Shown: one piece after another, positions 27,216 through 41,269 of the stretch
Position numbering within the stretch: the stretch's first letter is position 1
Layout: the number at the start of each line of letters is the position of its first letter
DNA from: the human T2T-CHM13v2.0 reference genome, Homo sapiens
Direction: 5' to 3' (one strand)
NCBI RefSeq assembly: GCF_009914755.1
Contig: NC_060930.1
Length of the DNA stretch: 64,000 nt
The notes under the pieces: generated by a model
What the model was told of the DNA's origin: nothing
The model's database searches: none
Seen by the model: the letters and a program-made list of their open reading frames with translations, nothing else
Position numbers and translations under genes: made by a program

Positions 27216-29805
27216 ATGTAATCTAGGTACTTGGAAGTTTGAGGCAGGAAGATCCCTTGAGGCCAGGATTTTGAAACCAGCCTGGGCAACATAGCAAGAT
27301 TTTATCTGTAAAAATTTTTTATGTAATTAGCCAGATGTCGTGGTGCATGCCTGTAGTCCCTGCTACTTGGGAAGCCAGACAGGAAGATCACTAGGGCCTA
27401 GGAGTCCAAAGCTGCAATTAGTTATAATAGCATCACTATGCTCCAGGGTGAGCAACAAGTAAGATCCTGATATGGTTTCGCTGTGTCTCCACCCAAATCT
27501 CATCTTGAATTTGAACTCTCACAATTCTCACGTGTTGTGGGAGGAATCTGGTGGGAGGTGATTCAATTATGGGGGTGGGTCTTTCCTGTGCTGTTCTCAT
27601 GATAGTGAGTGAGTCTCATGAGATCTGATGGTTTGATAAGGGGAAACCCTTTTTGCTTGGCTCTCATTCTCTCTCTTGCCTGCTGTGATGTAAGACTTGC
27701 CTTTCGCCTTCCACCATGATTGTGAGGCCTCCCCAGGCACGTGGAACTGTGAGTCGAATTAAACTTCTTTCTTTTGTAAATTACCCAGTCTCAGGTATGT
27801 CTTTATTAGCAGTGAGGAAACAAACTAATACAGTAAATTGATACCAGTAGAGTGGGACATTACTGAAAAGATACCCAAAAATGTGGAAGTGACTTTGAAA
27901 CTGGCTAACTGGCAGAGGTTGGAAGAGTTTGGTGGGCTCAGAAGAAGAGAGAAAAATGTGGAAAAGTTTGGAACTCCCTAGAGACTTGTTGAATGGCTTT
28001 GACCAAAAGCCTGATAGTGATATGGACAATAAGGTCTAGGCTGAGTGATCTCAGATGGAGATGAGGATCTTGTTGGGAACTGGAGCAAAGGTGACTCGGG
28101 TTATGTTTTAGCAAAGAGACTGACAGCATTTGCCCCTGCTCTAGAGATGTGTGGAACTTTGAACTGGAGAGAGATGATTTAGGGTATCTGGTAGAAGAAA
28201 CTTCTAAGTAGCAAAGCATTCAAGAAGTGACTTGGGTGCTGTTAAAGGCATTCAGTTTTATAAGAGAAGCAGAGCATGAAAGTTCGGAAAATTTGCAGCC
28301 TGACAATGTAATAGAAAAGAAAAACCCATTTTCTGAGGAGAAATTCAAGCTGGCTGCAGAAATTTGCATAAGTGATGATGGGCAGAATGTCAATCCCCAA
28401 GACAATAGGGAAAATATGTCCAGGGCATGTCAGAGGTCTTCATAGGAGCCCCTCCCATCACAGGCCCAGAAGCCTAAGAGACAATGGCTTCATGGGCCAG
28501 GCCCAGGGTCCCTGTGCTGTGTGTAGCCTAGGGACTTGGTGCCTTGTGTCCCAGCTGCTCCAGCCATGGCTGAAAGGGTCCAACGTAGAGCTCAGGCCCT
28601 GGCTTCAGAGGGTGCAAACCCCAAGCCCTGGCAGCTTTGACATGGTGTTGAACCTGCCAATGCATAGAAGTGAAGAATTGGGGTTTGGGTATCCCTGCCT
28701 GGATTTCAGAAGATGTATGGAAATGCCTGGATGCCCAGGCAGAAATTTGCTGCAGGGGCAGGGCTTGCATGGAGAAGTTCTACTAGGGCAGTGTGGTATG
28801 GAAATGTGGGGTGGGAGCCCCCACACACAGTCCCTACTGAGTCACTGCCTAGTGGATCTGTGAGAAAAGGGCCAGCAATCTCCAGACCCCAGAATGGTAG
28901 ATCCACTGAGAAGCTTGCACTGTGCACCTGGAAAAGTCACAGACACTCAATACCAGCCCAGGAAAGCAGCTGAGAGGGAGGCTGCACTCTGCAGTGCCAC
29001 AGGGGTGGTGCTGCCCAAGACACTGGGAACCTACCTCTTGCATCAGCATTACTGGAATGTGAGACATGGAGTGAAAGGAGATCATTTTGGAGCTTCAGGA
29101 TTTGACTGCCCTGCTGGATTTAAGACTTGCATGGGGCCTGTAGCCCCTTTGTTTTGGCCAATTTCTCCCATTGAGAATGGCTGCATTTACCCAATGCCTG
29201 TACCTCCATCATATCTAGGACATAACTAACTTGTTTTTTTTATTTTACAGGCTCATAGGAGGAAGGGACTTGCTTTCCCTCAGAGGAGACTTTGGACTGT
29301 GGACTTTTGAGTTAAGGCTGAAATGAGTTAAGACTTTGGGGGACTGTTGGGAAGGCATGATTGGTTTTGAAATGTGAGGACATGAGATTTGGGAGGGATC
29401 AGGGGTGGAATGATATGGTTTGGCTCTGTCTCCACTCAAATCTCATCTCAAATTGTAACTCCCACAATTTCCCCGTGTTGTGGGAGGAACCCTGTGGGAG
29501 GTGATTGAATTACATGGGCACGACTTTCCTGTGCTGTTCTGGTGATAGTAAATGAGTCTCATGAGATTTGATAGTTTGATAAGGGGAAACTTGTTTCATT
29601 TGGCTCTCATTCTCTCTCTTGCCTGCTCCATGTAAGACGTGCCTTTTGCCTTCTTCCATGATTATGAGGCCTCCCTAGCCACATGGAAATGAGTCAAATT
29701 AAACATCTTTCTTTTGTAAAGTACCTGGTCTTGGGTATGTCTTTATCAGCAGCATGAAAACAAACTAATATAGATACTGTCTCTAAATAAATAAATAATA
29801 AAATA
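27216..29805 (+). mobile_element. AluJ split by THE1B (body 27216-27467, 3' tip and tail 29778-29805)
   Basis: AluJ diagnostics (ttgaggccagga, agcctgggcaacatagcaaga). Ends ...gtaagatcc|THE1B|gatac tgtctctaaataaataa. Flanks aaattaaatacccat / aaataaatatccat look like a TSD. Confidence 0.85.
27468..29772 (+). mobile_element. Full-length THE1B-type MaLR provirus (LTRs 27468-27832 and 29411-29772)
   Basis: Two tgatatggttt LTRs around about 1.58 kb of THE1-int; TSD gatcc/gatac. Confidence 0.94.
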
Positions 29806-29999
29806 AATATCCATAAGTCCAATTGATATACATAAATGATCAGTTAAATCAATAAGTGGAAAAAAGAGACAACTCAACCATGTGGAAAAATTTCAAATGT
29901 TTTATGAAGACCTTCCACTCTTAAGGAGGTAGAGCATGACTTCTCACTCCTTAAGTATGGGCTGTGCATAATGACTTGAATATGATTCCAGTCTACATG

Positions 30000-31985
30000 G
30001 AAATTGATAAATTATGGAAATAGAACTAAAAAACTGAGACAAATTTAATAAGAACAAATAAAAATGGCAGGATAAAAAATAATTTTAAAAACTTGTCTCT
30101 TGACTTTGGGATCAGGGTATCCATGGAAGCAGAGAAGGCTTTGAAGTGACTGTTAAAAATAGCCTAAAGTATTTGAAGGGAATGTTAATGGAAGACTATA
30201 GAAACTGGAGGAGACTGATAGTGAGATATTAATGGAAAGTGAGAAAAATATTATTAGTATCAGCAAGAAAATGTGCCATTTTATGTGGAGGTGGAAACTT
30301 TGGCAATGCTATTTCTACGGTAAGGTGAAAAGAAAGAAATGTACCCAATCAACTCAATGATCTAGTTGAGGATAATTCCTAGCATAGCAAAATATTGAAA
30401 GTGACATCTAGTTTCATCTTGCTGCCTATGATTAAAATGGGAGAGGACAGAAATGAACTAAATAATAATTTGTTATATATGAATGAACAGGAAATTTCTG
30501 AGTTCAAAAATAAAACTTTCTCATTCCCAGCTACTTTATGACAATTGATCTTCAAATTAAGAATTGCTTTCAGAGCAAATATCAAATCCAGAATTGGACT
30601 ACAAGTTCCTTTGTTAAAACATCAGAAATTATTAAGGCGTAACTTATAGAAACTTCCAGGCACAGAAAAAATTATCTAAGAAGTTTCAATATGCCTCAGA
30701 GATTCTATTTAATAGTGAGATTTTTAAGAATCCAAAGAATGTTGTTACACAGCAATTTCACAGGAAGCCCAAACATAGAAAATATTTGTGGATTTCTAAT
30801 GGAGTGAATTATATATTGATATCAAGAAACCCTATGAGATTTTTAAATAATCATTTCAATTTAGACTGAATGGAAATGAGAGAGTATAAAATTAAAGGAC
30901 GTCATTGAACCCCCAAATTCCATGGTAACGAGGCACTGTCAGAAAATTACTCAGCTGCAAAGAAGATCTGGTTTGCATGGGAAAAGATGACCGTGATAGC
31001 AGCAAGAACCCAGAGGGCAAAGCCAAGCATTATGAAGAAAAATTTTCAGCAAGTAGGACTGAGCTGTCTTCAAGAATGTAACAACATATGCCCTGGTGGA
31101 TTTTAGAATTTCTAGGACCAAAGTTTGCTCTGTGCTTTTCATTTTTTTCCTTGTTAGATTGGACATACGTACAGAAGTTATTTGATCATTTTTGCACTGC
31201 CATATAAAGCGTGGGTGGTATACAAATATCTTGTCTCTTTAGATTATGGTCTTTAGATTGAGAAGCATGCTATTCAATAAGCTGTATCAGAGAATTTTCA
31301 TTATTAACTAAACCTGATTTAAAATATGAGATATTGTACTTTTAGTTGATGTCATTATTGAATAAGTTTGAGACTCTCGAGAGAAAGATAACTATATTTT
31401 GCATGGGGGAGGAATATAAACTATTGTTCCCAAAGAACAAAGTGTGAATTTTCCGAAGGTAACCACAAAAACATTATTTATCTAATGTGCCCTTCTCATA
31501 ATTTGACATTGATACTATCCCATAAAATGATGAGTTCTGTATCACCACTCCTTGAGCCTGGCTGGGACTTAATTGCTACTCAATAGAGTATGACAAAAAT
31601 GACTTATGTTACATCTGATGCTAGATCATAAAGTTGTCATGTACTTCTGCCTTGCTCTCTTAAGCTGCTTACTTTTGAATCTTGGATGCCATATTGTGAG
31701 GAAGTCTAGGCATAGACTGTGGGAAGAGGAAAAAACCTTCCTTCAGTCTATAGCATTGGCTGGCTTCCAAATCAGCCATCAATACCAGTTGCCATCCTCT
31801 TGAATAAGTTTTCTTGGAGATAGATATTCCAGTTCCCAGTTAAGCCACTCCAGCGGAGGCCACACAAGAAAAACACAAGCTACCCTCTGTTTTGCAAGCT
31901 ATGGATTCATGAAAAAATAAAAGTTTATGGTTGTTCAAGTCACTAATTTGGGGGATAGGTTGCTAGGCAGCAGTAGAAAAGTTAA
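30000..31985 (+). mobile_element. Old MLT1 (MLT1H-like) internal region plus 3' LTR (LTR about 31443-31985)
   Basis: MLT1-int motifs (aatgtacccaatcaactcaatgatctag, tcttgctgcctatgattaaaatg), junction tattttgcatgggggagg, LTR end aagtcactaatttggggg...ggcagcagtag. Confidence 0.65.
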
Positions 31986-32048
31986 AAAGAAATAAATATC
32001 TCAAAATCCTTTGTAAAAATAAGTGAGATTTAAATATGTAAAGCTTAA

Positions 32049-32421
<373 letters not shown>

Positions 32422-33862
32422 TGTGCTTCTCTAATCAATGTTTTTGTTGTTGTTGTTGTTGTTTGTTTTTTTTTGTTTGTTTGCTTTTTTGCATTTGCTT
32501 GTTTTAGACTATTTCAAGAAAAAAATACCTCCAGCACTTACTGGAGAAGAAATTATCCATCCTTTCATTTTGTAGTGCTTATGAGTTCTTAGAAGATATA
32601 ATTGGAAAAGCCATCAAAATGAATTTTGCATTGTTTAAGTTACAATAGAGTAATTGATCTGTATGACCTTGGGAAAAATAGAGTCTCTAATGCACTTGGG
32701 TCCTTATACGAAGGGCTTTTTTCAAGTCCTCCAGGTCTTATATGAAGTGACTCTAAACACAATGACTGTGCAACTGGGAAGGAGCCTGTTAGGGGCAGAA
32801 ATCTTGGAGACGAAAATAGCTAGACTCATTGGAATCCATTCTACTTGGCTGAATCATACAAATATATAGTACTGCTAGGATCTTTCCAGCTTTTGAGAAG
32901 CTTAAAGATAAATGACACATATTTAGAAATAAAACATGCATCATTTGTTTGTACAGGCAAAGTGGAAAACAAAACAAAACAAAACCCAAAAGGTATAACT
33001 ATTTGAGCCTAGTCACTCAGAAACACTTGTTTGGATTCATTCTAGCAAGAAGAAAATCATGTATTTGAAGTAAAACACAGCCTGATACAATTATTTGACA
33101 TCTTATTAAGTTTCCTGCAAAGAAAATGAAAAGACATTGGAGAAAATAAAATTTCTCCTTCATTAGAGAACCATAGTGCTGAAAGGTTATCATTTTCCCT
33201 TTCCTGATAAAGTTATATCTCTCAATCATATTAATCTAGTATCCAAATTGTTTTGAAAATTTTATTTTGTTTAATAAATATTATACCTTGTTAACTCAGG
33301 GAATGCCAAAGTTAAATGGAGCCTTAAAGATGATGACAATTTTAATCATTCAACAAACAGCATGAGAGGAACTATGCTAGGTTAACAAAGCATAGTCCCT
33401 ATCCTCATAAGATCTTACCTCCTAATAGTTAAGTATTAATAAAATAATCCGAAGAAGCACAAGTAAAAAATTATAAGTACAATAAAATCTCAGCGGAAAG
33501 GTAAACAGCAACTTTTGGAGGATCAAGGAAGACTTCCTAAGCTAAGTAAATTAAATAGCCTGAGATATGAAAGATGAACAGGCATTAGAGTCATGCAAGG
33601 TATTGTAGACAGGAGCAGCAGAGATGGGTAAAATAATTCTAGATAAACAACCGTGCCAGAGAAAACACTGTGGCAAAGGTAGCATCACATATTTGAGGAT
33701 ATGAATGGAGCTAAATGTGGCTGGAGTGCAGAGTGCAAGAGAATCATTACCTGAGCAGAAAACGAGTCAGATCAAGGGGCTGGTGGACCAGGATAAAGAA
33801 TTTGATCTCAATCCAAAGGGCAAAGGGGAGTGTTGAAAGGCATAGGTAAGATTAGGTTTCAG

Positions 33863-34164
33863 CATCATTCTCAGCAAACTATCACAAGGACAAAAATCCA
33901 AACACTGCATGTTCTCATGCATAGGTGGGAATTGAACAATGAGAACACATGGACACAGGAACGGGAACATCACACACCGGGAACGGTTGTGGGGTAGGGG
34001 GAGGGGGGAGGGAATAGTATTAAGTGATATACCTAATGCTAAATTACGAGTCAATGGGTGCAGCACACCAACATGGCACATGTATACACATGTAACAAAA
34101 CTGCACGTTGTGCACATGTACCCTAAAACTTAAAGTATAATAATAATAATAATAATAATAATAA
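33863..34164 (+). mobile_element. 5'-truncated L1PA4-type 3' end with (TAA)n tail
   Basis: Perfect 15-bp TSD aagattaggtttcag at 33848-33862 and 34165-34179; L1PA 3'UTR. Confidence 0.95.
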
Positions 34165-34407
34165 AAGATTAGGTTTCAGTTTTGGAAAGCTCATGTCAGC
34201 TACTTTGCAAAGAAAGATTGAAGGGGACAAGAGTGGAAGTAAGGAGAATAAAAAGAAAGATTTTATGCTAGCAATCATGACAGATCATAAGAGAAGTTGC
34301 TAGGAAAGGCTGTGGAGATGAAAAATATTTGGGAAAAATTTATCATACGTAAGGCCTCAGTGACGCACTGAATACAAACTACTCCCACAAGGGAGTGTCA
34401 AGAATGA

Positions 34408-34718
34408 GACTGGGTATAGTGGCTCACACCTGTAATACCAACACTTTGGGAAACTGAGTAGGAGGATTGCTTGAGGCTAGGAGTTCAAGACCAGCCTGCA
34501 CAACATAGTAAGACCCTATCTCTACAAACAATTTTTAAAGATTAGCCAGGTGTGGTGATGTGTGCCTATAGGCCCAGCTACTGAGGAAGTTGAGGTGAGA
34601 GGATGGCTTGAGCCCAAGAGTTAGAGGCTGTGGTGAATTATGATCAGGCAACTGCACTCCATCCCCAGTGACAGAGTGAGATATTGTCTCTAAAATGTAA
34701 TAAGTAAATAAATAAATA
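34408..34718 (+). mobile_element. AluJ SINE
   Basis: Diverged dimer (ggaggattgcttgagg, ttgagcccaagag) with A-rich tail; flanks aagaatga/aagaataa. Confidence 0.9.
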
Positions 34719-35199
34719 AGAATAAACTCTGGTTTTCTGGCTAGAACTTTTGAATGATTCTCTGAGATAGGAATCCTGAAAGAGGAGGTAGGTTGCAAAA
34801 ATATAGTTTCAACAACATGGAAGAGATTCACTGGCAAAGACATAGACATTGGGTTTGACTGGAAGGAGTGTTTGCTTGAGCACTAATCTAATACTAGTCA
34901 TTCACTAGTAATCAAACTTGTTCATGAAATAATGAATTCTGTTTTACAAACTAATAACTGCATAATTACATGCACTATAATTTTTACCCAGATAAAGAGT
35001 GCTCACTGTACCATTCCACATGTTTATTTACAATGCATATGTTCTGTTTCTCCTTTTAATTTTTACAGTTCTGGTTGTTATAATAAATACATGCCAAACA
35101 TGTATTTTGACAAATCTCAAAAAGTATAGTGTCTTAAGATAGTATAATGAAAATGTAGGGTCAGGAGGTTTTCTTTCCTGTTTCGTCATTAAGAAATTT

Positions 35200-35450
35200 C
35201 TGTTCCCATGCTCTATCCTAGAGCTCTTTCCTCCTCTGTTACTCTTTAGCCCTTTGCTGAATTTTATTTTCTTCAAATAACTTTTAACTATCTCAAGTTA
35301 TCTCTACTCACTGTACTGCATTTATTTATTGTTTGTCAACTTTGTAGGATTATAAACTTCTGTCACCCTTAGAAGACTAATCTCCATGAGAGCAAAAACT
35401 TTGTCATGTTTACCAATGTATCCCCAATCTTCAAATATTTGTTGAAAAAA
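35200..35450 (+). mobile_element. L2 3' end
   Basis: ctccatgagagcaaaaactttgtc...tgtatcccca...aaatatttgttgaa. Confidence 0.6.
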
Positions 35451-35818
35451 ACGAATATATACAGTAAATTCTCCATAATTATTTCACAAGTGAATTATAA
35501 TGCATATTTATATCCACATGTGTGTTTTGTGCACTAAGCCTGAAATTTTTTTAAATCTATAAAATGAAAATATTACAAATACACTTAGAAAAAATATTTC
35601 CACCCTCATCCTTCACTACCAAATGACAATTCTTCAAGAATGAAAAATAGAGAAAAAAAAGCAACTGAACTGAAGAGGATGGCTTGGTTTTCAAAATTAT
35701 GCCTTCAATTCTGACTTCTGCTTTAGTCAATTGCTTCTTTAAGGTTAAATATGAAAAGAAGACCTATATAACAGTAAAATTCCCATGCATCAAAAAGTAT
35801 GATAATCCTCATCTATAA

Positions 35819-36244
<426 letters not shown>

Positions 36245-37944
36245 ATAAAACTGATTTTTTTGATAGAAAGGGACTTTGCAAAGAATGACTCATAGTATTG
36301 TTTAAAGTCAATCGATTCTCCAATGTGAATTGCTTATTTATTATTTATTATTTCCCATTTATTTATTTTTAAATGTGTTTGCTTTCCTGGGCCAATAACT
36401 ATCAGAAAACTAAAATAATGGCAAAACAATTATTTATGTTTTTCTATAATGTTTTGATGTTCACACTAATGTGCGCTGTTATGCTTTGTATAATAATTGA
36501 TATACCTTAATAAACAATAAATCAACAGATTTTTAGCCCAATGATACATTTGTCCTAAAGCAACTCTCCTACCTTAGCTAATATTTTCCTTGAGAATTGC
36601 TTCTATGGCTTGAACAAATGCAATTTTAATGTGTTAACACTCATACAGATTGTTGACAGTTTTGCCTGTTCAGGAATCTCGCTTCTTATGTCAACAGAAT
36701 CTCTTTCTGTTTGTAAATTATTTTTCCCTATCTGTTTCAACCACAACTTTCTAATCTAAAATTTGGATACATAGGAACTAATCTGAGATTGTCGATGCTT
36801 TTCTTGTGATATATCTAAATAAAGCTAAGAGCTAGGTCTTTTTCTACCCATGGTCAAATTCTTGTCCACATGGAGATGCCAGGATAAATGAAATAACTGA
36901 AACAGAGAAAAGTGGAAATAAAAGACTAAGAAGGAGAGTCCTGATGCCATTTGAATTCCTGGTTTCCACATCCTCAAGATGAGCTCCTCTCTGTGCTTGC
37001 AGTGGTTTGGTAAAATGAATGATGGTGAATTACCTTATTCATTATTTGAGTTACTTTAAATTATATTTCTATTCTTGCAATCAAAGTTGAGTTAAATCAA
37101 GTCTTGGAGGGTATTTACCTTAGATATTTTGGCTTTAACTATAGAAAATATGATGAAAACTATGAATAGAAGACCATTGGCTGAATATTCCTTTTGAGAA
37201 TTTATTTTTGCAGCCAAGTATAATAAGCCACTATACATGATCGCAAAGTAAAAAACTGGAAACTCTCTGTTTTGTTCTACTGTCATAAAATGTCATACAA
37301 ATTCATACAAACAAGAAGTAAACTTTTACACGGGGCAAAATGGATTAAAGGTTGTAGTACTTTAACAAAATGACAAGTATTTGTAGAATTTTTCTGGAAA
37401 TACTAAGTAGGCATTTTTAATCATGCTACCTAAAAACGAGTGCAAATTAAGAAAAGTGTTAGTCTGTTTTCACACATTGTATATACTTATTTCTCACTTT
37501 ATTTAAATGTCATGGCATTTTAGATGACTTCCTTCTGTGACATTTTGAGTGAGGAAGATAGCAGAGGTCACAACCACTGGTGGTCAATAAACAGTTCTGT
37601 TCCACCCTCTCCCAGAGTAGGATGATTCAGGCTGGTTATTAATTCAGGTGGTCTGGCTAAAATCCATCTTCAGCAATTACATATCTGTCTACATGAAATT
37701 GATAATGTAGTTTCAGTGAGAGAACTTATTCATCTTTGTCATCAGTTTAGAAAAAAAGCAGAGACACAAAATCAACAAACATCGTATTATGCTCTAAGTA
37801 AAGAAGAACAAAGGTTTAATTTTTCTCTAATGTTGATGCTATCTAAGGCTAAAATAACTAGGCAGATAACATTTACTCTGTGGCATCATCTAGGACATTT
37901 TAACAAAAAAAATAATATATATAAAAGTAATTTATATAAAAGTA

Positions 37945-38250
37945 TTTTAGAAAGTCAACTCTAATTCCTCTCTCTTTTATCCACTTACCTTTCTGTTTGC
38001 CATCCTTGATCAACTTTCACTTTCTCGTGGAATTCTTTTGTGGTCTACCTAACACATGCTAAGCTAAATTAGGTACCCTTTACCATTATCATGGAACACC
38101 CCATTATAACACATATTGTACTATCCCTGCTCCTGTTGGACTGTTACACCATTGAGATAGGAGCCTCTCTATTTTTTTTATACATTCCAAATCTAGCACC
38201 ATACTTTGCACATGGTGTATACAAGTCTGCAATAAATGTTTACTGAACAC
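37945..38250 (+). mobile_element. L2 3' end
   Basis: tctagcacca...gcacatggtg...caataaatgtttactgaa. Confidence 0.55.
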
Positions 38251-38294
38251 AAGAATATCAAATTAGCATTTTCTGCTCATTAAAATTGGGAGTT

Positions 38295-38492
38295 GGCCGG
38301 GCACAGCAGTTCACTCCTGTAATCTCAGCACTTTGGGAGGTCGAAGCGAGTGGATCACTTGACATCAGGAGTTCAAGACCAGCTTGGCCAATATGGAGAA
38401 ACCCCGTGTCTACTAAAAATACAAAAAAAAAAAAAAATAGCTGGGTGTTGTGGCGTGTGCCTGTAATCCCAGCTACTTGAGAGGCTGTGGCA
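38295..38492 (+). mobile_element. AluS truncated in the right arm
   Basis: Left arm, A-rich linker and right arm up to gaggctgtggca; no tail. Confidence 0.9.
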
Positions 38493-38599
38493 CCAGTACC
38501 CAGATTTACAGTTTCAGGCAAGATCAGGAAGAGGAAATGCTTAAGGTTTGTAAAGAATTAGATATAGCATCCCACTCTGTGTCTTTATAGTAAATAACC

Positions 38600-39250
38600 C
38601 AACCATTTCCCTGTTGATAGACATTTAGGCTGCTTTGAGTATTTTTCTGTTACTGCAATAAAAACTTATGTACAGTTAATTTCAGATGTGTAAATCTTTG
38701 CTATAATTTCCTAGAGGAGAATTGATGGTCAAAGTGTTAGCACTTTATAATTTTGATACTTATTGCCATACTACCCTCCACAGAATTTTTAGGATCTTAT
38801 ATAATTTTCCAACAATATATGAGTGCTTTTTCTTACATGTTTGTCAATCCACATTGTTATCTTTCTTTGGTATTTGCCAATCTGATAGATGAAAAATAGC
38901 TTGGGTATAGTTTTAATTTGTATTTCCCTTCTTGTATGGGATGTTTGCATCATTCTTATATTTAAGAGCTGTTTGAATACCCTTTACTATGTGTTGTCTA
39001 TTTATATCCATTGCCTATTTTTCCATTGGATATTTGGCCTTTCTCTTATTGACTTTTAGGCACACTGTGTTTATTAGGAAAATTAACCCTTTGATGTGAG
39101 CTGCAAATATTTGTTCACAATTTATTTTCTTCAAACTTTACCAACTTTGATTTTTATTTTACAAAACTTTTTAGTTTTATATAAACAAATGTGCAATATT
39201 TCCTGAAATTAAGTTTTTTTCTATCACTTAGAATGGCTTTTCCCTATCAA
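38600..39250 (-). mobile_element. Old L1ME fragment
   Basis: ccctgttgatagacatttaggctg, tttgccaatctgatagatgaaaaat, gttttaatttgtatttccc. Confidence 0.7.
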
Positions 39251-39264
39251 AATTAACAAACATT

Positions 39265-39440
39265 TGCTTGAGTTCAAATTCTGCTTCTCCTCTTACTAGC
39301 TGTACTACCTGGACATGTCATTTAATCACCCTGGGCCTGTACTTTTCTCTATAAAATAGGGTAACAATAACTTAATAATCAAATTTTTAGAGATAATATT
39401 GATAATGTGTTCAGCATAATGTTATTGTATACTAAGTATA
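39265..39440 (+). mobile_element. MIR SINE
   Basis: gagttcaaattctgcttctcctcttactagctgt...tctctataaaatagggg. Confidence 0.65.
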
Positions 39441-41269
39441 TAATATTATTATCTTCTTAGTATATAATGTTGTAATGTTATTATATACTAATGAGATAAT
39501 AATAAAATAACAGAGAGTTGCCCTATTGCTATTGAATGAAATGTGTACTGAACTGATTACCCTTTTCACGAGATAACTTACTTTTTTTTTCTATTTCTTA
39601 CATTGGGAAACGAAAGCACTAGTGAGTCAGTGTTTCTGTTTAAAAAATTAACCTCATCACTCCTCTTTTAAAAATCTTTACTAAATGTGAACAAAGTTGT
39701 AACTAAAAGGAAACTTTAGGAGTTAACATAGGAAGTAAATATTACCCAATAACTTATTCTGCTATTGTAAACAAAGCATGCTGAGAATCAAATTCCTGAT
39801 GTATGCTGAAACTCTCCAGATTCTGCTGATCATATCTGTTTGAATGTGCAGCTGCTGTGTTGATTTCAGAGTAGTTGGATTTATTTATGATTGCCATAGA
39901 AATGACTTGAAGATGCACTTTCCACCAAATACACTTAGCAACTCTGTGGATGTCTGTATATTCAATTTACCCATGGTTACCCTGGAGATTACTCAGAATA
40001 TGAATTCTTCTACCATTTCTTCAAGCTCCCAGTTGTAAACTAGCATCTTGGTCATTTTGTTTCCCTGCCAGTGAAAGAAGATTTTTCCATGGTTACATGC
40101 TTCTACCCCCAGAATAGATTGCAAAGCAAATGTCGACCTAAAATAAATGCAATAATTTAGAACCTTTTGTATTGTACAGTATTTGCAGGAAATGAGTTTG
40201 TTTTATATACAATTGTACTATTTATTGAGAATTTCAGCATTTCAACATGTGCTGCACATACAAATTTCAGTACTCCTTTTTTCCTCTTTTTAAATGGGTT
40301 AATTAAGTTGTTCACCAAATATCACAAAACCACATAAACTTATCACAATCAATAACTCAATGCAAATTATCATCAACATTATCAGTATCATCTTCCAATA
40401 CACCAACTCTATTCCACAAAGATTTAATTTTAGTCTAAAATAGTTTTTTAAATTAATCTCTGGTCAAATTATAATATATTAATTTTTACTCTAATGCTTG
40501 TTAATAAACTGTTCCTCCATTGATGTTCTGTAAAGAGACACAATGTTAAATTATATAGCTGGTAAAATCTTATTATAGAGCATTAAATAATAAAATCCTA
40601 GACTTTGGGCCTTAAAAGGACTTTAAAAATAGTCTTTTCTTTATTTGAAAGGTTATTTAAGTAGGGATACAAAACTAGCTGGGAACTGACGTAGGTCTAA
40701 ACTCAAGAGCTCTAAACTGATAGTCACTAAATAAATATTTATTTATTTAACATCTATGATAAGCCTAACAAGACTTGGGTTATGAGAATATAAAAGTATA
40801 TATGACATAGGAAGAAATTCACAATACAGTAAAGAAAAGCTCATAATCTGTAATGTCTCTGGTTTCTTCACTCTTCTTCAGTTGATCTGAGTACTTTATT
40901 TTCTAATTATCTAAATCGGTAGTAGAACTCAGATAATAGGTAAATTAACATGGCATAAAAAACTAATTGAAGGGAAGAGTTAAATGATCTATAACTACTG
41001 GATATATCTGCAAAAACAAGATCCCAGAGAAAGGGAGAGAAGACACCCTTGACCCTCAGGTCTTAAAATGAGAAGGTAGAGATTTATTCTTCTGTGGTCA
41101 CAGAGGAAGAAAGAAAAGGAGATGAACCTTTTGGCAAAGTCTGAGGTAGATAAGAAGAAATTTAAGATTATAACCTGAAATTGGACTAATATTCCTGGCA
41201 AATAAGAACAAAAAAAGAAAAAGAAGTATAAATTATTTCAATCAGAGACTTAAAAAATAACATCATAGG

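Larger units (their letters stand above)
26482..29980 (+). mobile_element. L1MC3-like 3'UTR host (pieces 26482-26970, 27179-27215, about 29800-29980)
   Basis: gctagaagcaat, cctggtttctaataccatttt, cacgatgatgggagtatgtcaaag, ccttaagtatgggctgtgcataatgactt; colinear with the copy at 61330-61875. Confidence 0.75.
33346..34830 (-). mobile_element. L2 LINE fragment, interrupted by L1PA and AluJ
   Basis: tcattcaacaaaca (L2 3' end reversed), atcaaggaagacttcct, gtggctggagtgcagag, ataaagaatttgatct. Confidence 0.7.

Noticed and set aside
36850-37095. Possible very old MaLR/ERVL LTR remnant
   Set aside because: Similarity too faint to name or bound without a profile search.
39990-40160. Minus-strand acceptor-like site (tttattttag|gtcgac) with a ~48-codon open frame
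   Set aside because: Weak pyrimidine tract, frame ends in a stop, no recognisable protein and no clear donor.
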